From NCBI RefSeq assembly GCF_964355755.1, contig NC_092678.1, positions 14,036,171 through 14,100,170 on the forward strand: a stretch of DNA of 64,000 bases, in the 5' to 3' direction. This document shows, in pieces, positions 52,438 through 64,000 of the stretch (positions are counted from its first letter, which is position 1; each line of letters begins with the position of its first letter). The notes beneath the pieces are model-generated. The model saw only the letters and a list, made by a program, of their open reading frames with translations. It did no database searches and was not told where the DNA came from. The stretch is from Antedon mediterranea (taxonomy: Eukaryota; Animalia; Echinodermata). Position numbers and translations under genes: made by a program.

Positions 52438-53093
52438 TTAAATATTCATAAACCATTGTCAAGTACAATACTAATTTCATACTAACCTTAATAAGTTGTC
52501 CATTATCCGTGCCTATAAAAGCTATTGTATGGTTCCCTTCTATTGTTGTAGTAACTGATGTCAATGCTTCTGATACTGCTGCTTCTGTGTAATTACATTA
52601 GGAATATTGGCTGAGCAGTCCAACACCACTTATTGATGGACACATCATTGATTGAACTTCAGCAGAAGAAAAACTATAACTCTTCATTAAACAATAAAAA
52701 AAAACAATATTATAACTTATTAATTACCAGTTTTGATAATTCTAATTCTAAAATATTATGTATTATACACTAAATTTATTTTTGTCACCAAAATGACTGG
52801 TTGTAATAAATTACTATCTTTCTAAGTAAATATAAAATATATATGTACTTTTGGACACTTAGCATCATCAGCATAGTCTAGAGTATGAAGACCTTTATCT
52901 GTTTAAACATCCTCTTAATGCTTTGAAGAATGATCTTCTATATCATTCCACTTGTAAATAAACATTGCAGATTGTCCAGTGGCAACTCCACTTCCATCAC
53001 GTTTAGCAAACACTCCATACAGGACATTAGCTCTAGATTGTAAGCCTACTGAAGTAGCTAACTCAGCTCCAACAGGACCAACGGACATGGCTT

Positions 53094-54102
53094 GGAATAC
53101 AGAAATCACTCCGGCCGAGCTTCACTCCGGCCGCGCTTCAATCCGGCCGCGATTCATTCCGGCCGCAGCTATGGAGCGCCAAATGAGTCTTTTACAACCG
53201 AGACACGTTTTTTGTAGAGAATCAAAATAAACATTTGTAATCATACAGTATATTTTTTCTCTTTCAGGATCACAACAACATCGCAAGTGTTTTAAATTAG
53301 GTCTAATGCTAAAACAAAATAATTTATGTGTTTTATCCAATGTAATAGGCTAGTATATTAATTTTAATTTGATTAATTAATGTAATTTATTGCAATATAC
53401 CCTATATGTCATATTATTTTTATCATATATAAATTAAAATATAAAATCATTGTAAATTGGACTGTACAAAAATGATATATTAATTCTTGATACAATTCCA
53501 GGTTACATTAATTAGACGGATATTTGATTTGAAATAAATAAATTAATATTGTAAATATTGTTATTAACTATAACAAACATCAATAATAATTGATTATTTG
53601 AAATAAATTAATTAATATTTTACATATTGTTATTAACTATAATTAGTAAGTATGGGTACTGGCAAGATAAAATGTTATAAAAATAAGGGTTTTAACTAAT
53701 TTTTAATGTTAATAAATGTAAAGCTATAAAAATAAATGTACATAGAAAGAATATTGTTATTCAAGCACTAATTAGACGGGTATTTGATTATTATTTTATT
53801 ATTGAATTTAATTAAGTTAAGTTTAGTTTGAAAGAAAAAGCAGTTCCAACTTCTTTGAATGTTATTGTTAATGAAAAAAGTAAAATTGTTGCTAATAAAT
53901 ATTCAACTAGCCTAGTTCCATTTAAATTCACCAAGAATTTGTTATAACACTGAACAGTATAGAAAACTTAGATATGGGCGCTCCATACTAACGGCCCCTT
54001 TGCACAGGAAGTCGAATTGAATATATAGCGGCCGGAGTGCATAACATCGCGCTAAACTGATACGGCGGCCGGAGTGAAGCGCGGCCGGAGTGATCGGCTA
54101 CC
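53094..54102. mobile_element. Non-autonomous TIR element with tandem subterminal repeats, inserted in the Sema exon
   Basis: Inverted TCACTCCGGCCG repeats at both ends; splits YNL|QAM; no clear TSD. Confidence 0.8.
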
Positions 54103-54535
54103 TAAATTGTAATCAACATTATTAACTAAACATCGAATGTAGATCTCAGAAAATGTATGAAATGAGTTTTCTTGACAAATTCGACTCAGTCGTGAATGAA
54201 AGTAATCAGTATCATCTGGCCTATGAAACAGAATAAGTATATCCTTCAAAGAGAATGTATTTGTAAAACTGATATAAACCAACCTACTAGACCGTAACAA
54301 CTTCCCCAAGGTTTTTTAAAACTTGGAGATGGTGAAAAAGTATTAAATTGAATATTACGAGCTTCAAAAATCATCTCTGTTTCAAGATGTCTTCTGGCAT
54401 TAATATACCTAGAAAACTCTACTTGATCCATAGAGATATTATAGTGAACTATATCTCTATGCTTGATCCAATGACGTATGACCAGATGACACATATAAAA
54501 CGTTCCTTTTGATAACATCATCTCTATCCCATTTG

Positions 54536-54601
54536 GGGATCCAGTCAAGTCGCCCCATTGCAAAGTCACCCCATAACAAAGTCGCCCCATAACAAAGTCG
54601 C
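54536..54601. mobile_element. TE terminal remnant in the Sema exon
   Basis: Short AAGTCGCCCCA repeats flanked by CCCATTTG direct repeats. Confidence 0.6.
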
Positions 54602-55999
54602 CCCATTTGTACTATCACCCAACACACCAGGTGCAATGATTCCAACTGCTGACAGTTCACTCACTACTATTTCATCTATTACTTTACTTTCATGTAATTT
54701 GTTTAAATCCACAAGAGATCTTCCTTCAAATCTTCCATTGTTTCCTCGTCCGCACGTGATCAATCGTTCATGATCATAATCAATTTCTAATATTTTATTT
54801 ATGTTATCACAATCATCTGATGAACATGTTGAAATATTAGCAATGATATTAAAATCTTCTGACAGTCTGTACAGTGTGTTGTAAGCTCCTATGTAGGTAT
54901 CTCCTGTTGTACTATGGATTTTGACATGGTACAGAGCTTCATTTTCATGAGGTGTAAATTTGAGTAACACATCATTGTCGAATGCCTGGATGCTTAGCAG
55001 AATGTTGAAGAATATAGCAGAAATGCAAAAATGTTTAACAATGTTGGAAAACTCATATTTAAAGGTGAGAGAATGTCATTACCTTATATAAAAGAAAATA
55101 CAAAAACACTAATTTAAATAAGAAATACAATACAATGAATCATTAATGATTAATTTTTATATGCCTTTACTGAATAGCAATCTACTATCTATACTCATTA
55201 ATTAAAAAGCTAAAACTGGATTGTACTAAGACTGACAAGACCAACAAGCATGGAAAAATATCCCACTCAGATAATATTGCTCCTTTCAGGATTACATGCT
55301 GCACAGGATAGTTTAGTACAGTATGTATAGTATCAGAGTATCAGTTTTGTCTCTCTTTTTATATCTGCATACAAAATTTGTATAACTTGTAACCAGTGTT
55401 TAATCTCCTGAGTTATTCCACATTTTCATTAACGCATATGCTGGGAAAAATCGGGAGGAAAGCGTACAGTAGTTGCACGCTATTTGATTACTATGATTGG
55501 TCAGTTTAATACCAGGGCAATACACGTGCGCACAGAACAAAAACAGGCCTCTCTCTGTGTTTTTCTCCCGAGATCCTATTCACACTATGCAAACCTGGTT
55601 ACAACTTCTTACAATATAAAGTTGTTACATTACATTTTGCAATATGAAAAGGATATAACTCTATGTTTTGAACAGTCAAACAATTTGAAGATTTATTTTG
55701 GGTTCTCCACTTAAAACTGGTTTACTTTTATGTAATATATATTTATTGATATGAAGCATCTTTGAGGGATGTACAGTTACCATCAGCCAATCTATCCAAA
55801 AATGGAATAAATTCTTTTTCTTCAATTTATTACTGTACAATTAGACTATACATTGCATTGTTGCAATATTATCAAGACGATATACAAAAACCAAACAATG
55901 TTAAAGCGAGACCAGAAGCTTCCAACGAGAAAAAAGCTTGATTATTATTAACAATTTAATTACTTATTTTATAAAATTGTATAGGCCTCAGGAATTCGG

Positions 56000-56200
56000 A
56001 AACTCAGTTAGCTAGTTAGGCCGGATGATTAGCTAGGCTAAGCCAAGGCCTTAGCTAGGCTAGTTGTAGTAGGTCTAGGACTAGCCTAGTAGCCTAGGCG
56101 CGCCTAGGCTAGGCCCCTTCTTAGGCCTATGGCTAGGCCTAGCCTGCTGGGCCAGGCAGGCCTAGCTAGCTAGCTAGCTAGGCCTAGGTCTAGTAGTCCA
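56000..56200. other. TAGGCCTA/CTAG-dense block just inside the putative first intron of the plexin gene
   Basis: Many CTAG/AGGCCT palindromes; minus-strand donor ATG|GTGAGG near 56217. Confidence 0.5.
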
Positions 56201-56659
56201 GTCAAAAATCACCCTCACCATGGTATAAGAACGTACCCTAATAAAATTTCATCCCTATGGGCATAGGTAATAACATTTCTTGATGTTGCGTCTTGCAAAA
56301 CTTGGGATTTTACGAGAAAATTATACTTTTATACCCAATTTATAACCGCCTCATGTCGTATTATTGTGTACAGTGAATGCGACGAAGCGTGACTGAAATT
56401 ACGAGACGCCGTTAGCGCCCGTTGAAAAATGCAATAACAAAGCTAAAAACCTACAAAATTAATAGTTCATACAATAATTTAAATATAGTTTACAATAAAT
56501 TGTATAATAAAATACATAACATATAAAGAAAACCCAAGTATAGACTAAAATATTTACAGATATGTGTTTAAAAATGTACAAATCAAAATGGCCTTTCATA
56601 AAATAAAGTGCGCCCTCACGCGTCATACTTTTATCGGACTTGTATGGATGGCCGGTTAT

Positions 56660-58268
56660 AATACAAGGCATTAATATACGAAACCCGATGCGGTTTGTTA
56701 GTTATATTGCCCCTGCAAGAGGCAGAATATTATATTTTCACAAATATATTTCTAGTTTTTATCATGGAAAAAAAGGATTGTATATATTTAAACACATTAC
56801 AACTTCCAGTCTACCATCATGATGGATTAAGTGAAGCGCCGTATTGTATCTGCTAAAGCGTAATGATCTCCTATAGTTAGGCCTATCTGGTTAGCCTATA
56901 GGCCTATTCTGGACATTCTTTTTTTCACAGCATTATTTGCCCGGTTAGCAACAAAGTTAATCCTTGTGATTGTTAGTTTTAAGTTTCTTTTAATTGTTTA
57001 TTGGCATCCATATCGTATGATGTGTAAGACAATTTCGTGTTTTAGAAAATGTGATCCTGCCACCAAAGATTCTTTATGTTCGAAGACGTCTGACGGATAA
57101 CTGTTTTATTCTTTTACATTTAATTAATTAATTAATCTTCATCTTCACTTTTGAGGGAATTAGCCTCTTTTAGGTTTAAAACATCATTTATAAGCATTTG
57201 AATAAGCCAACAAATTAAACTACTGCTTTCTCCCAAGCTTTTTAAATATTATTTAAATGCATTAAAATGCGTCGAACTCGGCGGATAACAATATTTGAAA
57301 TAAAAATGCATATAAAACTTTTGTTTTGGACTTTACTTTTTTGTCCCAAGTGAGAACTTTCAGGCCGTGGAGGTGAACTGATTGTTTATGACATTCTTTT
57401 TTGTATAAAATGTCCAATAATAATTATCATTGTAGGACTAGTAGGCCTACTCTCCACCAAAAAACTTTATATTAGAAAGTATTTAATACGCCGTCATGTC
57501 TTTAAAAAAGGAGAATTGGGTAATATATGTAGTTTCTCGCGAATCTTACATCACACTCCAACATTCTCACTCTCTTTTATTTAGTGGAAAAACACTTTAA
57601 CTTTAGAATGCTTTGAATTCTGGAAGACAACTTCGAACTTAAAAGAATCGTCATGAATGACGTTTATTGGCTCAAACTTCACACATCGGTACGATGTGAA
57701 GGCCAGACGGATTCAGAGAGGATCAAACCGGCTCCTCCTCCCCATTGACAGCCGGGGCAGCGGTGGGTGGCGGTGGCTGAAAGGGGAAAATGAAAAATGT
57801 TGATTCAGACGAATGCCAACCAGCGCCTTTGATACGCTCTTAATAATTGTTGGAAAGTGAAAGTAGGTCTACTTGAGGTAGTATCTTTCGTATAGGCCTA
57901 CATGAAATAGATTATCCTTAAATAATTGGTTCTTACTCTAGATTATAATCGCGAATGATAGTTCAAAATATGCAATGCATTGTGATATCCACGCAAGTAG
58001 GCCTAATGCTGTGAAAAAAAAGAATTTCCAAAATAAAACCAGCAGAACTAGTAGGCTAGATCATTACGCTTCAGCAGATATATACAAATATAGGGCCTAC
58101 ACTTAATTCATCATGATGGTATATTGGAGGTTGTAATGTGTTTAAATATATACAATCCGTTTTTCCATGATAAAAAATATAAATAAATTTGTGAAAATAA
58201 AATATTCTGCCTCTTGCGTAAAAAAAGGCAATAACTAACAAACCGCATCGGGTTTCGTATATTAATGC
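56660..58268. mobile_element. Long-TIR foldback element
   Basis: ~56668-56870 is the imperfect reverse complement of ~58058-58268. Confidence 0.7.
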
Positions 58269-58270
58269 CG

Positions 58271-59100
58271 TCAAAGAATATATATCACAAGAATGAGTAT
58301 TCCGCGATTTTGCATGAGAAATTTGCCCGGTAACAGAGAGCTCCAGAGAGTGATGCCCGCCCTCATAAGGTCGGATGTATACATACTAAATAAGACTTGA
58401 TTTAATAGATATTATACATGTCACATTAAATAGAATTATGATAATATATTTTGCAATTGTAAACTATTTTATAATACATATTTATTAACAAACTAGTGTA
58501 CATTCACTTTTACAGACAATTATTTACTAACATGCTAAGTTAGTTCACAAAAAAAGCCTAACACAGCAACACCAAAAATCAACGAATCGTTACTCAGCAC
58601 GGCCTATTACCATTGCCGTGTACTACTCTACGCCCGGTAAAATAAGTATTGTTTTTATGATATAAATTAGTATAAAATACATGTTATTAATAGGACAAAA
58701 TGTTAAATATCATTAACATTTATTTGTTTCACCAGAAACAAGTTAAATATAGGGATATTATTAAACTATCGTTCGTGAAAACGCGTAAACACCAACACGC
58801 CCGGTCAATCGTAGCGCCCGGTTGATAAAGCAAACTGTTTATACGGCAGTTTTTACTAAATAAATTGCATAAAACGAACAATTAAATATCCAAATAGTAT
58901 AACATGATGTTGGCATGTAGTTTATAACATTTTTTATCATGAAAATATTACCGGTGGTCCAGCCTTTGAATGGTGAAACCGTCACATAAAGTTGTATACG
59001 TCCCAGATACATCCACACTTATGGCGGCGCCCTACCACATGGACAATTTTACTGTTACAGGGAAAATCGCGGATTACTCATTCTTGTGGTAATTCTTTGA
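58271..59100. mobile_element. TIR element apparently inserted in the right arm of the foldback
   Basis: TCAAAGAAT..CACAAGAATGAGTATTCCGCGATTTT / AAAATCGCGGATTACTCATTCTTGTGGTAATTCTTTGA. Confidence 0.65.
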
Positions 59101-59503
59101 TGCCCCGTGTACTGTGTATTAACCATATCGAGCTATATTTCCTATACCAACCTGGCTAGTTGAGAATTCTCAACTATTTTATGTTTTTTTCTACCTTTCT
59201 GGAAAATGATATAATCCAAAGTGTATTAATACTACCAGTAATAAATATTTAGAAACACTTGCATACCTTCACTAATTTTAGTTGTTTGTAGTTTAAGACA
59301 ATCTTAGTGATATTTAAATGAAAACAATACGATAAAAACTATTGTGTCTGTATTTTACAAGACTATGACTTCCGTATAACGTGCATTGTGGGTACTTCAA
59401 TTTTTATAGAAAAGCTAGGGAATCCTAATTTAGTAGGCAGCATATGGGGGCGGGGCAACCAAACTTGCTTATCAAATCAAAGCACAGTAAAGCAAAGGAT
59501 AAA

Positions 59504-62500
59504 ATTAATGTACGATCCCGTTTAACACTGTTCTCAACTATAGTCATTTTGGTATACTTGAGCACAGTGATAAATAATAGGATAAACTTAACAATATACA
59601 ACAAAAAACATTAATGTACGATCCAGTTTAACACTGTTCTCAACTATAGTCATTTTGGTATACTTGAGAACAGTGATAAAGAATAGGATAAACGTAACAT
59701 TATACAACAAATAACATTAATGTATGATCCCGTTTAACACTGTTCTCAACTATAGTCATTTTGGTATACTTGAGCACAGTGATAAAGAATAGGATAAACT
59801 TAACAATATACAACAAATAACATTAATGTACGATGTAGTTTAACACTGTTCTCAACTATAGTCATTTTGGTATACTTGAGCACAGTGATAAAGAATAGGA
59901 TAAACTTAACAATATACAACATATAACATTAATGTACGATCCCGTTTAACACTGTTCTCAACTATAGTCATTTTGGTATACTTGAGCACAGTGATAAAGA
60001 ATAGGATAGGCCTAAACTTAATAATATACAACAAAAAACATTAATGTACGATCCCGTTTAACACTGTTCTCAACTATAGTCATTTTGGTATACTTGAGAA
60101 CAGTGATAAAGAATAGGATAAACTTAATAATATACAACAAATAGCATTAATGTACGATCCAGTTTAACACTGTTCTCAACTATAGTCATTTTGGTATACT
60201 TGAGAACAGTGATAAAGAATAGGATAAACTTAATAATATACAACAAATAGCATTAATGTACGATCCAGTTTAACACTGTTCTCAACTATAGTCATTTTGG
60301 TATACTTGAGCACAGTGATAAAGAATAGGATAAACTTAATAATATACAACAAATAACATTAATGTACGATCCAGTTTAACACTGTTCTCAACTATAGTCA
60401 TTTTGGTATACTTAAGCACAGTGATAAAGAATAGGATAGGCCTAAACTTAAAAATATACAACAAAAAACATTAATGTACGATCCCGTTTAACACTGTTCT
60501 CAACTATAATCATTTTGGTATACTTGAGAACAGTGATAAAGAATAGGATAAACTTAACAATATACAACAAAAAACATTAATGTACGATCCCGTTTAACAC
60601 TGTTCTCAACTATAGTCATTTTGGTATACTTGAGAACAGTGATAAAGAATAGGATAAACTTAATAATATACAACAAATAGCATTAAGGTATGATCCCGTT
60701 TAACACTGTTCTCGACTAAAGTCATTTTGGTATACTTGAGCACAGTGATAAAGAATAGGATAAACTTAATAATATACAACAAATAGCATTAATGTACGAT
60801 CCCGTTTAACACTGTTCTCGACTATAGTCATTTTGGTATACTTGAGCACAGTGATAAAGAATAGGATAAACTTAATAATATACAACAAATAGCATTAAGG
60901 TATGATTCCGTTTAACACTGTTCTCGACTATAGTCATTTTGGTATACTTGAGCACAGTGATAAAGAATAGGATAAACTTAATAATATACAACAAAAAACA
61001 TTAATGTATGATCCCGTTTACCACTGTTCTCAACTATAGTCATTTTGGTATACTTGAGCACAGTGATAAAGAATAGGATAAACTTAATAATATACAACAA
61101 AAAACATTAATGTACGATCCAGTTTAACACTGTTCTCAACTATAGTCATTTTGGTATACTTGAGCACAGTGATAAAGAATAGGATAAACTTAAAAATATA
61201 CAACAAAAAACATTAATGATGTACGATCCAGTTTACAACTGTTCTCAACTATAGTCATTTTGGTATACTTGAGAACAGTGATAAAGAATAGGATAAACTT
61301 AACAATATACAACAAAAAACATTAATGTACGATCCAGTTTAACACTGTTCTCGACTATAGTCATTTTGGTATACTTGAGAACAGTGATAAAGAATAGGAT
61401 AAACTTAAAGATGTATTGTCCCTTTAAACACAAAAAAATGAAGGTCAAAATATTCTAAATTTAAAGTGGCCATATCAAAGTAATATTAAAGTTATTCACT
61501 TTTAGTCGAAAATTTGAGCCAAAAACAACAAGTTTACGTAATTAACAGGTAAATTAGTTTGATTACATTCCATCTGGAAAATCGTCACGAGCGAAAGTAA
61601 ACAAAGATTTCAAACCATGAGTACGCATTATGCATATGCTAAATTAGGATTGTTTACAACTCGCCACGGTTAAGAAGGTATTTTCACACAGATCATAAGG
61701 AAGTTTTATGATTATGCATACAGAGTAGCCAAACAAGCGCGTTTCATTATGGGATATGTTTTGATTGAAAACTTTGACTGGAAGTCAAAGTTATTTTTTA
61801 AACAAAAAAACGTCTGTATTTCAGTTAAATTTTTTTTTTTTCCGAAAAATTTTTGGTGAAAGTTAATAACTATTATGATACTTCAAAATGACCCACTTTT
61901 TTTAGAAATAAAAAAAAAAAATTTTTGTTGGAATTAGTCAAAGGGACAATACATCTTTAACAATATACAACAAAAAACGTACATTAATGTACGATCCAGT
62001 TTAACACTGTTCTCGACTATAGTCATTTTGGTATACTTGAGCACAGTGATAAAGAATAGGATAAACTTAACAATATTCAACAAAAAACATTAGGCCTAAT
62101 GTACGATCCTGTTTACAACTGTTCTCAACTATAGTCATTTTGGTATACTTGAGAACAGTGATAAAAAATAGGATAAACTTAACAATATACAACAAAAAAC
62201 ATTAATGTACGATCCAGTTAAACACTGTTCTCAACTATAGTCATTTTGGTATACTTGAGAACAGTGATAAAGAATAGGATAAACTTAACAATATACAACA
62301 AAAAACGTACATTAATGTACGATCCAGTTTAACACTGTTCTCGACTATAGTCATTTTGGTATACTTGAGCACAGTGATAAAGAATAGGATAAACTTAACA
62401 ATATACAACAAAAAACATTAATGTACGATCCCGTTTAACATGCACTGTTCTCAACTATAGTCATTTTGGTATACTTAAGCACAGTGATAAAGAATAGGAT

Positions 62501-62720
62501 AAACTTAATAATATACAACAAATAGCATTAATGTACGATCCAGTTTAACACTGTTCTCAACTATAGTCATTTTGGTATATTTGAGCACAGTGATAAAGAA
62601 TAGGATAAACTTCGAATAAACAGCAAATAACATTAATGTAAGATGCCGTTTAATACTGTTTTAAACTATAGTCATTTGAGTATAATTAATCACAGATAAA
62701 GAATAAGATCAACTTTAATA
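59504..62720. repeat. 106-bp tandem satellite, about 25 units, each with an internal hairpin
   Basis: Unit starts at 59504, 59610, 59716; CACTGTTCTCAA...TTGAG(A/C)ACAGTG inverted repeat. Confidence 0.95.
61409..61956. mobile_element. Kolobok-like MITE inside the satellite
   Basis: TTAA TSD, TIR AGATGTATTGTCCCTT / AAGGGACAATACATCT. Confidence 0.8.
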
Positions 62721-63149
62721 CTATTTATTAAATAAAAAAAACTAATTCTATATTAACACATATTATTTACATATACTTTCACTGCTGATTTCTAGTATAA
62801 ACAGGCCATAGGCCTATACATGGCTGCAGTCGCGTGCTCAAATTTGAGTTGGTGTTTACCGACCGACCGATCGACATAGTGAGCTGTAGAGTCGCGTTTG
62901 CACGCTACTAAAAAGTTCACAAAAACCGTAGGATGGGCACAGGGAAGTTTGTTCGAAACTCCAACCCCTCCCCTGGCTATGCGTTTAGATTTTTCATGCC
63001 TCCTTTACAAACCAAGATTATTAGAATACTATTAGGAGGATCAAACACAATTCTTGTTGCCAGATTTCATTGACATTACAGGTATGAAGTCTATCAATAT
63101 ACAGTACCGCTTAATACAATACTTGTTGAGGCCATATCCATCTATACAT

Positions 63150-64000
63150 TTTAGTGTTATTCCACTTTAAAAAAGTCGATTTATATCAATACTTATCAAC
63201 ATACGATATAACGATAGAATTTATTGCAACTTGTCCATGTCGTATTCATCTACAAATAAAGTGTCTATTACCGTACTTTTAAAAATCTATTTATATCAAT
63301 ACCTATCAACGTATGTACGTGTGCATATTATATATACAAAACTATATACATCAACATAAATGTCATATCATCTACAGTCATTAGTGTTATTTCACTTTTA
63401 ATATTAGTAAATCCAAAGGCAAAATACTGAAATAATAACAATGCTGTGGTCTCAATGGAAATACAAAAAAAGAAGCGAAAAGCTAAATCAAAACGATAAA
63501 GTAAGACAGCCAGAAAAGTTAGCAGAGTTTTCGGGCAACACTAGCCCTTCATCAGTGCAAGTGAGGGTACTTGTACAAGATAGTGTTATTTAACGTTTAG
63601 TCGATTTATATCAATACACTCATCAACATATGTACGTGCAATTCACGTCTACAATCAATAGTGTTAATTCCTCTTTTAAAAGTCGATTTATATCAATATA
63701 CTCATCAACATATGTACGTGTCCACGTCATATTCATCTATAAATATTAGTGTTATTTCACTTTTAAAAGTCGATTTATATCAATATACTCATCAACATAT
63801 GTACGTGTCCACGTCATATTCATCTACAAATATTAGTGTTATTTCACTTTTCAAAGTCGATTTATATAAATATACTACTCATCAACATTATGTACGTGCA
63901 ATTCACGTCATATTTATCTACAATCATTTGTGTTAATTCCACTTTTAAATGTCAATTTATATCAATTACTTATGAACATATGTACGTGTCCGCGTCATTC
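63150..64000. repeat. Degenerate ~86-bp tandem repeat, runs off the window
   Basis: TAGTGTTATTTCACTTTTAAAAGTCGATTTATATCAAT..CATCAACATATGTACGTG recurring. Confidence 0.8.
63520..63560 (-). ncRNA. Minimal hammerhead ribozyme motif, Penelope-like remnant
   Basis: Minus strand TTGCA-CTGATGA-AGGGC TAGTGTT GCCC-GAAA-ACTC-TGC: core CUGAUGA/GAAA, stem II GGGC/GCCC, short stem I. Confidence 0.55.

Larger units (their letters stand above)
15098..55082 (-). pseudogene. Plexin-family pseudogene (Sema-PSI-IPT-TM-RasGAP/RBD), internally duplicated, 3' exons not found
   Basis: Exon translations match plexin motifs (SRLSRICQENSF, IAFIGTDNGQLIK, CDWCVYDNKCTH, TM exon, [41 protein letters not shown]); frameshifts, stops and two insertions inside exons. 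Confidence 0.85.
52488..55082 (-). pseudogene. Plexin signal-peptide and Sema-domain exons, disrupted
   Basis: TGDTYIGAYNTLYRLS, DNINKILEID..RLITCG, SRLSRICQENSFHTFSEIYIRC..YNL, NVLYGVF, HTIAFIGTDNGQLIK spread over several frames; ATG 55056 out of frame with the Sema ORF. Confidence 0.85.

Noticed and set aside
63661-63936. 91-aa repetitive ORF
   Set aside because: Product of the ~86-bp tandem repeat.

Overview
AT-rich, intron-rich animal genomic DNA (probably a marine invertebrate; inference) with two distinct compartments. (1) Bases 1-~12,237 form a compact, CpG-rich, nearly intronless virus-like gene island. It encodes an LRR-like protein, an orphan protein, a secreted Cys-rich protein, a frameshifted BACK-Kelch-like protein, a short Bcl-2-like protein and a spliced death-domain protein. 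It ends in a 4.2-kb higher-order repeat array whose linkers carry heat-shock-element motifs, and this array abuts host repeat DNA at a sharp junction. No capsid, polymerase or integrase gene is in the window, so the element cannot be classified. (2) Bases ~12.2-64 kb are host DNA holding a minus-strand plexin pseudogene (Sema, PSI, IPT, TM and RasGAP/RBD exons) with a ~12.3-kb internal tandem duplication, Helentron/HINE-like elements, many MITEs, a tRNA-derived SINE, 47-bp and 106-bp tandem repeats, and a minimal hammerhead ribozyme motif. A recurrent TA->TAGGCCTA micro-insertion occurs in both compartments. All family assignments come from motif recognition by eye; no searches were run.
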